Source: an uncultured Planctomycetota bacterium
GTDB lineage: Bacteria; Planctomycetota; Planctomycetia; Isosphaerales; Isosphaeraceae
Length of the DNA: 64,000 nt
NCBI GenBank assembly: GCA_963845755.1
Contig: CAWJTV010000038.1
Span: 32,001-96,000, forward strand
Reading direction: 5' to 3'
Below the pieces are notes generated by a model that was not told where the DNA came from, did not search any database, and was given only the letters and a program-made list of their open reading frames with translations. Every line of letters begins with the position of its first letter. Position 1 is the first letter of the stretch. Below, piece by piece: positions 25,680 to 34,904 of this stretch. A program made the position numbers and the translations under genes.

Positions 25680-27543
25680 TCAGCGCGTGAACCAGGCCGC
25701 GCGTTCGGACCGACCGTCACTGGCACGGTGTCGCTGACGTCCACCGTAAACCGGTACACCCGGCGCACCGTCTGCACCTGCCGCTCGGGATAGAAGAAGT
25801 ACAGTTCGACATCCCAGCACTCCGAGCCGGGTCGGCAGATCGGGCTGCGGACGACGTTGACGCTCTCCAATTCCATCTTTTCCTTCAGGGCGGCTTCGTA
25901 GATTCTCTCGAAGGCAAAGGCATTGGTGGCCGCGAAATTGATGGCCCGGTCCTGCGGCGTCAGACCCAGGTTGCGCAGGCCGTGGTAAACGCGGTCGAGG
26001 AAGTTGCGGAGGCCCTCCGTGCGCTGCGCATGCGCATCGCGCTCGGGCTGGGGAGCCTCCGCCGCGGGCGCGGGGCCGGCCACTGAGTCCGTCAGGGCCG
26101 CAGTCGTCCAGCTAAACATGCCGCGCAATTCCGGCACGATGACGGGCACGACCTGCCCCGTCAGGAGCGTGGCCTTGCCGGCAACGACGCCCGGGATCGA
26201 TACACGCTCGACCCCCTCGTCCAGTTGCTCACGCAGGAACCGCCGCAGTTCCTTGTAAGCGTCGGCGGCGAACGGTCCTTGCGGCCGGACCGCGTAAATC
26301 GCCGTGCCGTCGAGAGAGAGGGTCCATTCGACGGAGGCGGCGTCCCAGGGGTGCTCGTCGAGATAGTCGAGCATCCGCCGGGGGTCGAACGCCAGGACGC
26401 GTTCCGTATGACTCGCACCGGTGACGCCGGCTATCACCTGGGCGAGGCTGTCGAGGCGGGCTTCGCTGACCAGGTCGTAGCCGAGCTGGCCGAGAGCGTA
26501 GACCAACTGCCGCGACCCGGCCTGACAACCGCAAGCGGACGGTTGGACTGCCGCGGGGCGAACCGCGTTTTCGGTCGGGCCGGGTGGGATCGGCGAGGCC
26601 GCGTCCAGGTTGTCTTGGCTTGGCGCCACCTCGCTCTGTGAGGCGGTGGAGTCGGACATGGTCAGCATACTCCGCGTGAGGATTGTTACGGCTCCATCGA
26701 CACTCAACCGTCCAGCCAGGAGGCGGCGGCAATCCGTTGTCGGCTTCTGATCACATCCGAGGGCACTGAGCAACAATGCCTCCCGGACGAACTGCGGGCT
26801 CGGCTGCCGGCCGCGTTTTCGCTGCAAACTCAGGAGCAGGGCCGCGACTCCCGAAACCACGGCCGTCGCGTAACTGGTGCCGGTACCCGCGCCGTACCTC
26901 CACCGGGTTGCGCTCCCAGTATATCCACGCCCGGCGCCAATATCCCCTGGATTCCGTAAAGAGCGCCCCAATTGCTGGACTCGAGGGGTTTCCCCTGGGC
27001 ATCCATCGCGCCCACCGCCAGCACCGAGTCGAGGGCGGCGGGGACGTGGAGGCACGCGCAACCGTCATTGCCCGCGGCGGCGACGATCAGGACGCCGCAC
27101 CGGGCGCAATCGCGGACCACGTCGGCCAGCAGCGGGTGAGCAGTGCCCGAAGGGGAAAACTGTCCGCCGCTGATGTTGACGACGTGGGCGCCCTGCTGTA
27201 CCACCTGGGAGATGGCCCGTGCGAGATCGAGTTGCGAACAGAGCTGAATCGACTGCTCACTGACGGACTGAAAAATCGGCACGAGGACGCCTCGGCAGAG
27301 CGGCGCGAGGCCCGGCACGGGCCCGTCGTGCTGGCCGAAGATCACGCTGGCGATGTGGGTACCGTGCCGGCTGGCCAGGCCGAGGTCGGCGGTCCCCGAA
27401 ACCAGGGTTTCCACCTGCGTGAGGTTCGCAGTTTTCAAACTCGGGTGGGAGCGGTCAACCGGCCCGTCCAGCACCGCGATGCAGACCGCGGGATCGCCAA
27501 GGGTCTCGGCCCAGATTTCTCGGATTCCGGAGAGGAGGCCCAT
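25680..27543 (-). CDS. PatA-like cyanobactin maturation protease: S8 domain plus PatA/PatG C-terminal DUF (frameshifts at about 26887 and 25700)
   Basis: Catalytic triad IAVLDG, HGTHIASVIFGQ, GTSYAT; CSQLDLARAI, NISGG, AAAGNDGCACLHVPAA; DUF motifs LVYALGQLGYD, FLDRVYHGLRNLGLT..DRAINFAATNAF, SPICRPGSECWDV, VYRFTVDVSDTVPVTVG; corrected end ..AWFTR-stop at 25680. Confidence 0.93.
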
Positions 27544-27672
27544 GACGATACAACCGCAATCTGCCCACGAAGATGAACGCTAGAAGTGGTCGCACGCCTT
27601 GTGAGCCCACTCCCCTGTGTGTCACTAGGATAAGCCGCCCGCCACGCGATGACAAATGAAAAACGCATCCTG

Positions 27673-27922
27673 ATGGCACCCTCGAAATTTCGAGCGATCT
27701 CTGCGTTTGTTCCAGCGCCAAAGTCCATTCCGGCCGTTCTCGGTCACCTTGGTGAATGGCAATCGCTTTCGCGTCCATCATCCCGAGGCCATCGTCGTGC
27801 GGAATGGGGTCGGGGTATACTTGGCGGCGGATGGTGAAATCTGGCTGTCCCATCATGAGAGCGTCCGCCAGTTCGAGTGGGAGCCGTCGAGTAAGAAGTC
27901 CCGCCGGCAGGCGAACTCGTAA
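27673..27922 (+). CDS. Small conserved hypothetical protein
   Basis: PFRPFSVTLVNGNRFRVHHPEAI; an extra base near 27680 appears to separate the ATG at 27673 from ORF 27707-27922. Confidence 0.65.
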
Positions 27923-27981
27923 GTAGGTCAGGCTTTCCAGCCTGACGTCGGCGGATTGTCAGGCTGGAAAGCCTGACCTAC
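27923..27981. repeat. GTAG-type REP doublet (perfect 24-bp inverted repeat) between convergent genes
   Basis: GTAGGTCAGGCTTTCCAGCCTGAC-N11-GTCAGGCTGGAAAGCCTGACCTAC; each arm is itself a hairpin. Confidence 0.88.
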
Positions 27982-28925
27982 AGGGTCTCGACCTCGATCG
28001 CCTCGGTCCACCGCTGGACCTCGGCCAGTTCGATGGCCCCGGCGTCCCAGACCAGGGCGTTGGCGACGGCGCAGGCCAGCGCGTGGCGGAACAGCGGTTC
28101 GGGATCCCACCGCTCGAGCCAGCCGTCAACCAAGCCGGCCAGGAGCGAATCGCCCGAGCCGATCGGGTTGACGACCTCGACCGCGGGCGGGATGGCGCGA
28201 TAATGCCGCCCTCGGAACTGGGCCGCGACGGGATGGGGCCCGTCGGTGATGATGCCGCAAACCACGCCGTGGCGATGCCAGTCCTTGAGCAAGCCGGCCG
28301 CGTCGTCGTCAGTGAGGCTGGGCTTGTGGAGATGGGCGGCGGCCTCGCGGCGATTGAGCTGGATGACCGTCGGCCAGAAGCCCCAGATCGCCCCGAGCGC
28401 CGGTCCGTACGTATCCAGGAACACCGGCACCCGCCGCGTCCGGGCCATCGCGATCAAGTCGCTGAACAACCCGTGCGTCGCCGGGCACGGACTGGAGCCG
28501 GAGAGTGTCAGCGCCTCGACGTCGCCGCGGAGGGCCTCATTGACGCGCTGGAGCATCGCGCCGGCTTCGGTCGGCGTGATGGCCGGATCGGGGTCGAAGA
28601 ACGCCGTCTGCTCGGCACTCGATTCGGTCCGGACCGTCAGGATCACGCGGGTCGGTGCCGCGGTCGGGATGGCCAGCGATTCCAGGCCGTCGTCGGCACG
28701 CAGCAGGGCCTCACACGAGGCGCCGACCGGCCCTCCCAGGAAGGTCACAGGCACCGGGTCTCGTCCCAGCCGCCGCAGAGCGCGGGCGACGTTATTCCCC
28801 TTTCCGCCTACGACCTCGCGGAGGGCTGTCCCACGCACCAGGTCTCCCGGACGCCAGGGAGGGACCGTCAAGGTCTTATCGAGACACGGGTTCAAAGTGA
28901 CGCACAAGATCATGGCGATGGTCAC
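27978..28925 (-). CDS. 1-phosphofructokinase-family (PfkB) hexose kinase
   Basis: CVTLNPCLD, GGKGNNVAR, LSGSSP, NPIGSGDSLLAG. Confidence 0.92.
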   Translation of the reverse strand: MTIAMILCVTLNPCLDKTLTVPPWRPGDLVRGTALREVVGGKGNNVARALRRLGRDPVPVTFLGGPVGASCEALLRADDGLESLAIPTAAPTRVILTVRTESSAEQTAFFDPDPAITPTEAGAMLQRVNEALRGDVEALTLSGSSPCPATHGLFSDLIAMARTRRVPVFLDTYGPALGAIWGFWPTVIQLNRREAAAHLHKPSLTDDDAAGLLKDWHRHGVVCGIITDGPHPVAAQFRGRHYRAIPPAVEVVNPIGSGDSLLAGLVDGWLERWDPEPLFRHALACAVANALVWDAGAIELAEVQRWTEAIEVETL

Positions 28926-28954
28926 CAGGTTCGTCGATCACTGAGTCATCCGTT

Positions 28955-29581
28955 CTAATCCTTGGCCTGTCCGGGCTCGGCCGCCCCATTCGGGTTGGAT
29001 GGCAAGCTCGTGGGCGGCTCATGTTGCGGGAAGATCTCCCGCACGGGGCAACGGAAGCCGGGGATGATGTCCTCGCCCGAGAGGTCGTCCCCTTCACGCA
29101 CGCGGCGGCATGAGCCGTCAACGCGGTAAACCTTCACCGTGCGCGACTTTGGAAAAACCACCCAGATCAGCGGAATCCCCGCTCGTTCATAATCGTCCAG
29201 CTTCTCATCCAGCTCCTCCGCGGTATCATTGGGCGAGACGACCTCCACGGCCAGGTCGGGACGGATCTTGATCCAACCCCTGGGCAGCACGCCGCCGGCA
29301 AGGCGGCCGTAGCCGACGAATGAGACATCGGGCCTCCGGACGAGGCGAGGAGCGTGGGGAAAGCATTGGTAGCCGTTGTCGGCGGGGAAGATCCACCCCA
29401 GATCGTGCTCCTCACAAAAACGTCCGAGGCGGGAGCTCAAACGAACTCCCACCCAACTGGATTCGGCTCCCATCTTGCACTCCACGAGTTGACCATCGAC
29501 CAGCTCGAAGGTCTTTTCGTCGGGCAGTGCCAGTAGGTCTTCGGGCGTGTACTCGGTCGGGGTCGCGACTGCCGTGCTCAT
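28955..29581 (-). CDS. Uma2-family endonuclease
   Basis: FELVDGQL, RRPDVSFV, PDLAVEVVSPND, K..DY..AGIPLIWVV. Confidence 0.92.
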   Translation of the reverse strand: MSTAVATPTEYTPEDLLALPDEKTFELVDGQLVECKMGAESSWVGVRLSSRLGRFCEEHDLGWIFPADNGYQCFPHAPRLVRRPDVSFVGYGRLAGGVLPRGWIKIRPDLAVEVVSPNDTAEELDEKLDDYERAGIPLIWVVFPKSRTVKVYRVDGSCRRVREGDDLSGEDIIPGFRCPVREIFPQHEPPTSLPSNPNGAAEPGQAKD

Positions 29582-29792
29582 GGTCGGCCTCTCTCGATCG
29601 ATGACGTTGAGGATCACGGATCGACGTCATTGTACCATCGATTCCCGCGCCTTGGAGTCGAGACGGCGGACAGCCCCGTTGTCGGGACGCCCTCGCGTCG
29701 GATATGGTGTACCCGGTTTTCCTTGCGTCGATACGCAACGAGAGGGTTCGGACAAGATCGGACCGGGGCCGCCGGCGGGGAGCATCCAGTTT

Positions 29793-32700
29793 ATGCAAGG
29801 TCTTGCGCGCTTGTTACCGTACGCTCTGGCATTCACGAGCAGTCTGTGCATCATGATCCTGGAGCTGGTTTCGAGCCGGCTGGTCGCGCCGCACGTCGGC
29901 TCGTCTTTGACGGTCTGGACCAGCGTGATCGGGATCATCCTCGGCGGCATCTGCTTGGGGAATGTGCTGGGAGGCCGGCTGGCGGACCGGGTCCAGCCCC
30001 GTCGGGCGATCGGACCGCTGTTCGCCCTGGGAACGTTGCTGACCCTCGCGACCTTGTGGATGAATGGGGCCGTCGGCAGCATCCTCCCGCGCCCCGACCA
30101 GATGAACTGGGAGCTGCGGACGATCCTGGTCGTGACGGTCGTTTTTCTGATCCCTGCGACCGTCCTGGGAATGGTCGGACCGGTCGTCGCCAAGATGGCC
30201 GTGGAGCAGGCGGCGAAGTCGGGCAGCGCGATTGGCGACGTGTACTTCTGGGGCGCGATCGGATCGATCGCCGGCACGTTCCTCTGCGGCTTCGCGCTGA
30301 TGGCCCTGGCCGCGACCTCCACCATCGTCATCCTGGTCGCTGCGGCACTCGCCCTCCTGTCGGCGGCATTGATCGGCACTCCCGGCGGCTGGATTGCCGG
30401 TCTGTTGACAGCCCTCCTCCTGGTGCTGGGCGCGAGCCCCGCGGTGGTGAGCGGGCTCGGTCTCGGTGGCGTGAACCTCGGCTCGTACACGCTGAATTAC
30501 ATCGTCGTGGCGGGGAATGTCCTGGCTTGCGCCCTGGGCCTCGTCGGCCTGACCGGCCTGCTGGGCGCCGGACGGACGAACGAGGACGTTTCCGCCAGGC
30601 CGGCTTCCAAACCTGTCCTCAAGGAGGAGGACGAGGATCAACCGCGCCCCGGCTTGTGGGACCTGGCCGCGCTGGCCTTCGTGGCCAGCCTCGTGTTCAT
30701 GGCCCTGGAGATGGTCGCCGGCCGGATGGTGACCCGGCATCTGGGTTCCAGCATCTACGGCTGGACCAGCGTGATCGCCGTCCTGCTGGCCGGCCTGAGC
30801 TTCGGCAACTTCCTGGGCGGCAAGATCGCCGATTTCATCAAGAACGAGAAGCACGCGAGCTGGCTGTTCCTCGTCGCATCGGTCCTCACCCTCGTCATCC
30901 TGGTGCTGGAAAGCCCGCCCAAGTGGCTCCACGACCAGTTCCTCGAGGATATGCCGCTGAATCGGTCCATACTGAGCAGCGCGATCTCGCTCGACCATTT
31001 ACCCCTTCCCGGCGGGAACGCCCTCGACCTCTCCTGGCCTTATCGCATCCTGCTGGTCGTCGCGATCGTCTTCTTCCTCCCCGCCTTGTCGCTGGGAACC
31101 GTCAGTCCGGTGGTCGCCAAGCTCGCCGTCGATCGCCTGAAACGCTACCAACGCACCGGCACGGCCATCGGTGAGGTGTACGCCTGGGGGATGGTCGGCA
31201 GCATTCTCGGTACCTTCCTGACCGGCTTCTTCCTGATCGACACACTCGGGACTAAGGGGGTCATCCTGGTGCTGGGGACCGTCCTGGCCTTCGGCGCGAC
31301 CATGCTGGGCACCCTCTGGCATGCCATCTGGGCCGGGATCCCGCTGGGTCTTTGCGTCCTGGCGTTCACCCCGCCCGGATGGGTGGATTCCGTCAATCGC
31401 CTCATGCCCTGGTTCCCCAGCGGTCAGTCCTTCGAAAAGATCGGGCTCGACTGGGGCATCCGCGAGAAACAGGGGGACCTCGGCGACAAGAAGGCGGAGC
31501 TCGCCTGGATCGATGAGAGCAAGTACTATTATATCAAGATCGAGAACGAGCTCCTCGGCGACGGCGAGACCCATCGCCGTACGCTCGTGCTCGACAATCT
31601 GATCCATGGATACTTCATCCTCGGCCACCCCGAGCGGTTGGATTACGATTACGAGCACATCTATGCCCTGGTCGCCTACCGGGCCGCCAAGGCCGGCGGC
31701 AAGGTGACGTTCAAGCCCGAAGCCGACATCAAGGGTGAAGATTCGACCCCATCGCCTGACGCGAAGCCCGATGACAGTAGTCCGGCGAAGCCCGCGGAGC
31801 CCAGCAAGGGCGGCGCAACCGAGTCACCGAAACCGGCCGACCCGAAGGACACCGACACGACCGATTCGCCCAAGGCGGAGGCCGGATTGAGGAGCATCCC
31901 CGCGTCGATCCAGGACGAGAAGGGATCCGGCACCCCGGCCCAGAAGGACGCCCCCAAGCCGGAGCCCAAAGCCCCGACGACCCCGCCCAAGGCAGAGGCC
32001 CCTGCCGGGGACCAGGCCGGAGCCAAGCCAGCCGAACCGCCCAAGAAGGACGTGCCCCAGGCGGAGAAGCCGGACGCCTCTCCCGAGAAAACGGATGCGG
32101 GAGAAGTCGAGAAGAAGGAGGTTCCCAACGATCCGGATAAAGAGAAGATCCAGGAGGACCTCTCGAAACTCAAGAAGATGGTCTTCCAGGACGAGCGACC
32201 CGAGCCGTATATCCCACGCGGGTCCGCGCCGAACCTCAAGACCTTGTTCCTCGGCGGCGGCGCCTATTGCTTCCAGCGGCACATCCGGTACGTCTACGAG
32301 GGGGCCGGGGTCGACGTCGCCGAGATCGACCCGGCCGTCACCAACGCGAACTTCCAGGCCACCGGCCTCACCGAGCAGGACCAGATCCAGACCTACTGGG
32401 GAGACGCCCGCCAGTTCGTCGAGCTGCATCAGGATACCAACAAGTACGACCTTGTCTTCGGCGACGCGTTCAACGACTTCTCGGTCCCCTGGCACCTCAC
32501 GACCCGCGAGTTCAACGAAAAGATCAAGAAAATGCTGACTCCTAATGGCGTCTATATGATTAATATCATCGACGTCTACGAGTCGGACAAGGAGGCCCAG
32601 AAGAAGGCCGAGAACGAGATCGAGAGAGACAGCGTGTCCGACGAGGGGAAGAAGACTCGGATCCACAAGAAGTACCAGGAGCAGGCCCGCCGCTATGGCG

Positions 32701-33029
32701 GATTCCTCGGCGCCTGGACCAGGACCGCCCAGGAGACCTTCCCCCACGTCTACATCTTCGGGACGGATGAACCGGGAGGCGGGCGCCGGGAGACATTCGT
32801 GGTCGTCGCCTCCATGCAGGATCTCGATCTCAAGGACCTGGGGCTCCGCAAGGACGATCCGCGGTACTTCACCCCCAGCGGGAAGCAGACTAAGGCGGAG
32901 GTCTATGGGCCCGAGGATGAGAAGGTCGTCGTCGGTGATCGGTCGCGGAACATCATCTTGACCGACGACTATGCCCCGGTGGAGAACCTGCTCGCCCCGG
33001 TCGCCGAGACCCGCGCCGATGACGATTAA
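29793..33029 (+). CDS. Fused membrane / spermidine-synthase-like SAM-dependent transferase
   Basis: Two homologous TM modules (LELVSSRLVAPHVGSSLTVWTSVIG and LEMVAGRMVTRHLGSSIYGWTSVIA); LFLGGGAY, AEIDPAV, GDARQF, DLVFGDAF, VPWHLTTREF, ILTDDYAPVENL. Confidence 0.88.
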   Translation: MQGLARLLPYALAFTSSLCIMILELVSSRLVAPHVGSSLTVWTSVIGIILGGICLGNVLGGRLADRVQPRRAIGPLFALGTLLTLATLWMNGAVGSILPRPDQMNWELRTILVVTVVFLIPATVLGMVGPVVAKMAVEQAAKSGSAIGDVYFWGAIGSIAGTFLCGFALMALAATSTIVILVAAALALLSAALIGTPGGWIAGLLTALLLVLGASPAVVSGLGLGGVNLGSYTLNYIVVAGNVLACALGLVGLTGLLGAGRTNEDVSARPASKPVLKEEDEDQPRPGLWDLAALAFVASLVFMALEMVAGRMVTRHLGSSIYGWTSVIAVLLAGLSFGNFLGGKIADFIKNEKHASWLFLVASVLTLVILVLESPPKWLHDQFLEDMPLNRSILSSAISLDHLPLPGGNALDLSWPYRILLVVAIVFFLPALSLGTVSPVVAKLAVDRLKRYQRTGTAIGEVYAWGMVGSILGTFLTGFFLIDTLGTKGVILVLGTVLAFGATMLGTLWHAIWAGIPLGLCVLAFTPPGWVDSVNRLMPWFPSGQSFEKIGLDWGIREKQGDLGDKKAELAWIDESKYYYIKIENELLGDGETHRRTLVLDNLIHGYFILGHPERLDYDYEHIYALVAYRAAKAGGKVTFKPEADIKGEDSTPSPDAKPDDSSPAKPAEPSKGGATESPKPADPKDTDTTDSPKAEAGLRSIPASIQDEKGSGTPAQKDAPKPEPKAPTTPPKAEAPAGDQAGAKPAEPPKKDVPQAEKPDASPEKTDAGEVEKKEVPNDPDKEKIQEDLSKLKKMVFQDERPEPYIPRGSAPNLKTLFLGGGAYCFQRHIRYVYEGAGVDVAEIDPAVTNANFQATGLTEQDQIQTYWGDARQFVELHQDTNKYDLVFGDAFNDFSVPWHLTTREFNEKIKKMLTPNGVYMINIIDVYESDKEAQKKAENEIERDSVSDEGKKTRIHKKYQEQARRYGGFLGAWTRTAQETFPHVYIFGTDEPGGGRRETFVVVASMQDLDLKDLGLRKDDPRYFTPSGKQTKAEVYGPEDEKVVVGDRSRNIILTDDYAPVENLLAPVAETRADDD

Positions 33030-33067
33030 TCCGATCAAGGCAAGTAACGAGTGGCAGGCGAAGACCC

Positions 33068-33622
33068 ATGACCGAACCGAGTCGAAAACCTGGTAAGGAC
33101 TGGCTACTGGCGGCCATGGGGTTTCTCATCTTCTGGATCGGGTATCTGATCTGGATGGCACCGCGACCGGAGGTGGCGTCGCTGGAGAACTCGGGGAAAC
33201 GCCGGCCGGCGGAGTACAACTGGACTGTGCTCGATTTGAAGGACGAACCGGTGCCGTTCTCCCGGTTCCAAGGGAAGGCCGTGTTCTTGAACATCTGGGC
33301 GACGTGGTGCGGGCCCTGCATCCAGGAGATGCCGTCGATCGCGCGGCTGGCTGAGGATCCGCGGCTGCGCGGCAAGGAGGTCGCGTTCGTCTGCGTTTCG
33401 GTCGATGACTCATCCGAGGATGTCCGGCACTTCCTCGAGGGTCGGACGTGGAGCATGACGTTCTTCCGGGCCGAGAAGCTTCCTGCCGTCTTCATGACCG
33501 ACGGAATCCCGGCGACATTCATCATCGCTCCGAACGGCCAGATCGTCGCGGACCAGGTCGGCTCGGACCAGTGGGATCGATCCGAGGTCGTCACCTTGCT
33601 GGAGAAGATCGCCACTCATTAG
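33068..33622 (+). CDS. TlpA-family thiol:disulfide oxidoreductase
   Basis: N-terminal TM anchor; FLNIWATWCGPCIQEMP; GIPATFII. Confidence 0.92.
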   Translation: MTEPSRKPGKDWLLAAMGFLIFWIGYLIWMAPRPEVASLENSGKRRPAEYNWTVLDLKDEPVPFSRFQGKAVFLNIWATWCGPCIQEMPSIARLAEDPRLRGKEVAFVCVSVDDSSEDVRHFLEGRTWSMTFFRAEKLPAVFMTDGIPATFIIAPNGQIVADQVGSDQWDRSEVVTLLEKIATH

Positions 33623-33692
33623 GAAGGATTCATGGGAAGGATGAAGGATGAGTCAGAACCGGTTTTATTCATCCTTCTCCTTCATCCTTCCG
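33622..33692. repeat. Heptamer (GAAGGAT)n inverted-repeat hairpin
   Basis: GGAAGGATTCATGGGAAGGATGAAGGATGAGTCAGAA ... TTCATCCTTCTCCTTCATCCTTCC. Confidence 0.75.
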
Positions 33693-34613
33693 ATCAGGGT
33701 GTCATAGGTGGCGGCCAGGAGCAAGTCGGTCAGGGGGAGCGTGAAGAACAGCCCCACGCAGAAGGCGAGCCCCCCCGCCAGGTTGATCGCGACCAGGGCG
33801 AGATACAAGAGGAACAGGGTCGAACAGGCGACCGTGCGTCAGGCGCCACGAGCCCCGCAGTGACTCCAGCACGCCTGCATCTCGGTCGATGATCAGGTAC
33901 CCGAACTGTCCCAGTCGGGCCAGCAGGACCAGGATCAGGAGCGATCCAAGTCCCACCGTGCCCACGATCGTCATGAGGGCGACGTCGATACCATGACTCC
34001 ATTCCGAAGAAAGGCTCCTGTTGAGGGACTCGAGGACCGGCTCCGGTGCCTTGGCGGCCGACAGGAGGACGAAGACGCCCAGGTTGGAGGAGAACGCGGG
34101 GAACTCGGACAGGCACCAGTCGATCGCATAGTAGACGACCAGCACCGGCATCCCGGCGACCGCCAGGATGGCTGCGGTAGCCAGGAGTTTCGTCAAGAGT
34201 AATCGGCCGCCACGGAACAAGTCTTCGACAGCGACCGGCTCCTGACGGACGATCTTGAGCATGATCAGGTCGAGGCCGATCCGCAGCCAGACTGGAACCA
34301 GGATCTGGATGAGAAAGAACGCGAAGCGAGAGAACTCCAGGAACGCAGGTTCCCTGAGGGCGTCGTTGAGACCGGAGATCACCAGGAGCACGGTCGCCAG
34401 GATGGACCAGTTCGCCAGGGCCTCGCCCCAGTAGCCGAACCAGCAGGCGGAGAGCCTGGCCTGGTAGGTCGACCAGGTCCGGGACAGGATTTCGCCGGCC
34501 AAGGACTGGGGATCGGTCAAGAGGGCCGCCGGAGCAATTCGCTCGAATGAGAGCCGGCGCGGGGCGGGGTCGTCGATCGGGCCACGCTCATCAGTCGGAG
34601 GGCGAAGATCCAT
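33665..34613 (-). CDS. Integral membrane protein (frameshift at about 33825)
   Basis: Several TM helices, YLIIDRDAGVLESLRGSWRLT; the corrected C-terminus LAGGLAFCVGLFFTLPL ends at TAA 33665. Confidence 0.65.
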
Positions 34614-34904
34614 CGGGCCGATCTCCAGGAACCGAGTCCGGCCGGGACCCTATCACGCGGAGCCGGCGAATTCGCCGGACCGGACCGGCGGCGCGGCGTG
34701 TCAACGAGATGTCCCGGTATTCGCGGCCCGTCAAGACCACGCGCGTCGGGAACAAACGGGCACTCAGGAGCTTGGGAACGCATCGGAGGGACGATTCCAG
34801 ATTCCAAACAGAACAGATGTAAAGAGTTGCTGAAAAAGGAGTTAATATTCGTCCGCGCTTCGACGATTATGAGTTTTGAATCGAAGCTCTTACCGTTTCT
34901 CGGG

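Noticed and set aside
25592..27061. 489-aa ORF as an independent gene
   Set aside because: Its N-terminus is off-frame sequence; it is the second half of the frameshifted PatA-like gene, and its tail past about 25700 is also off-frame.
24977..27543. Canonical cyclic cyanobactin cluster
   Set aside because: No PatG-type insert, no YcaO, PatF, PatB or PatC nearby, no AYDG-type follower, and the cores are far longer than known cyanobactin cores.
33068..33622. TlpA oxidoreductase as the disulfide catalyst for the Cys-rich peptides
   Set aside because: It lies about 5.5 kb away, on the other strand and beyond unrelated genes; nothing links it to the locus.
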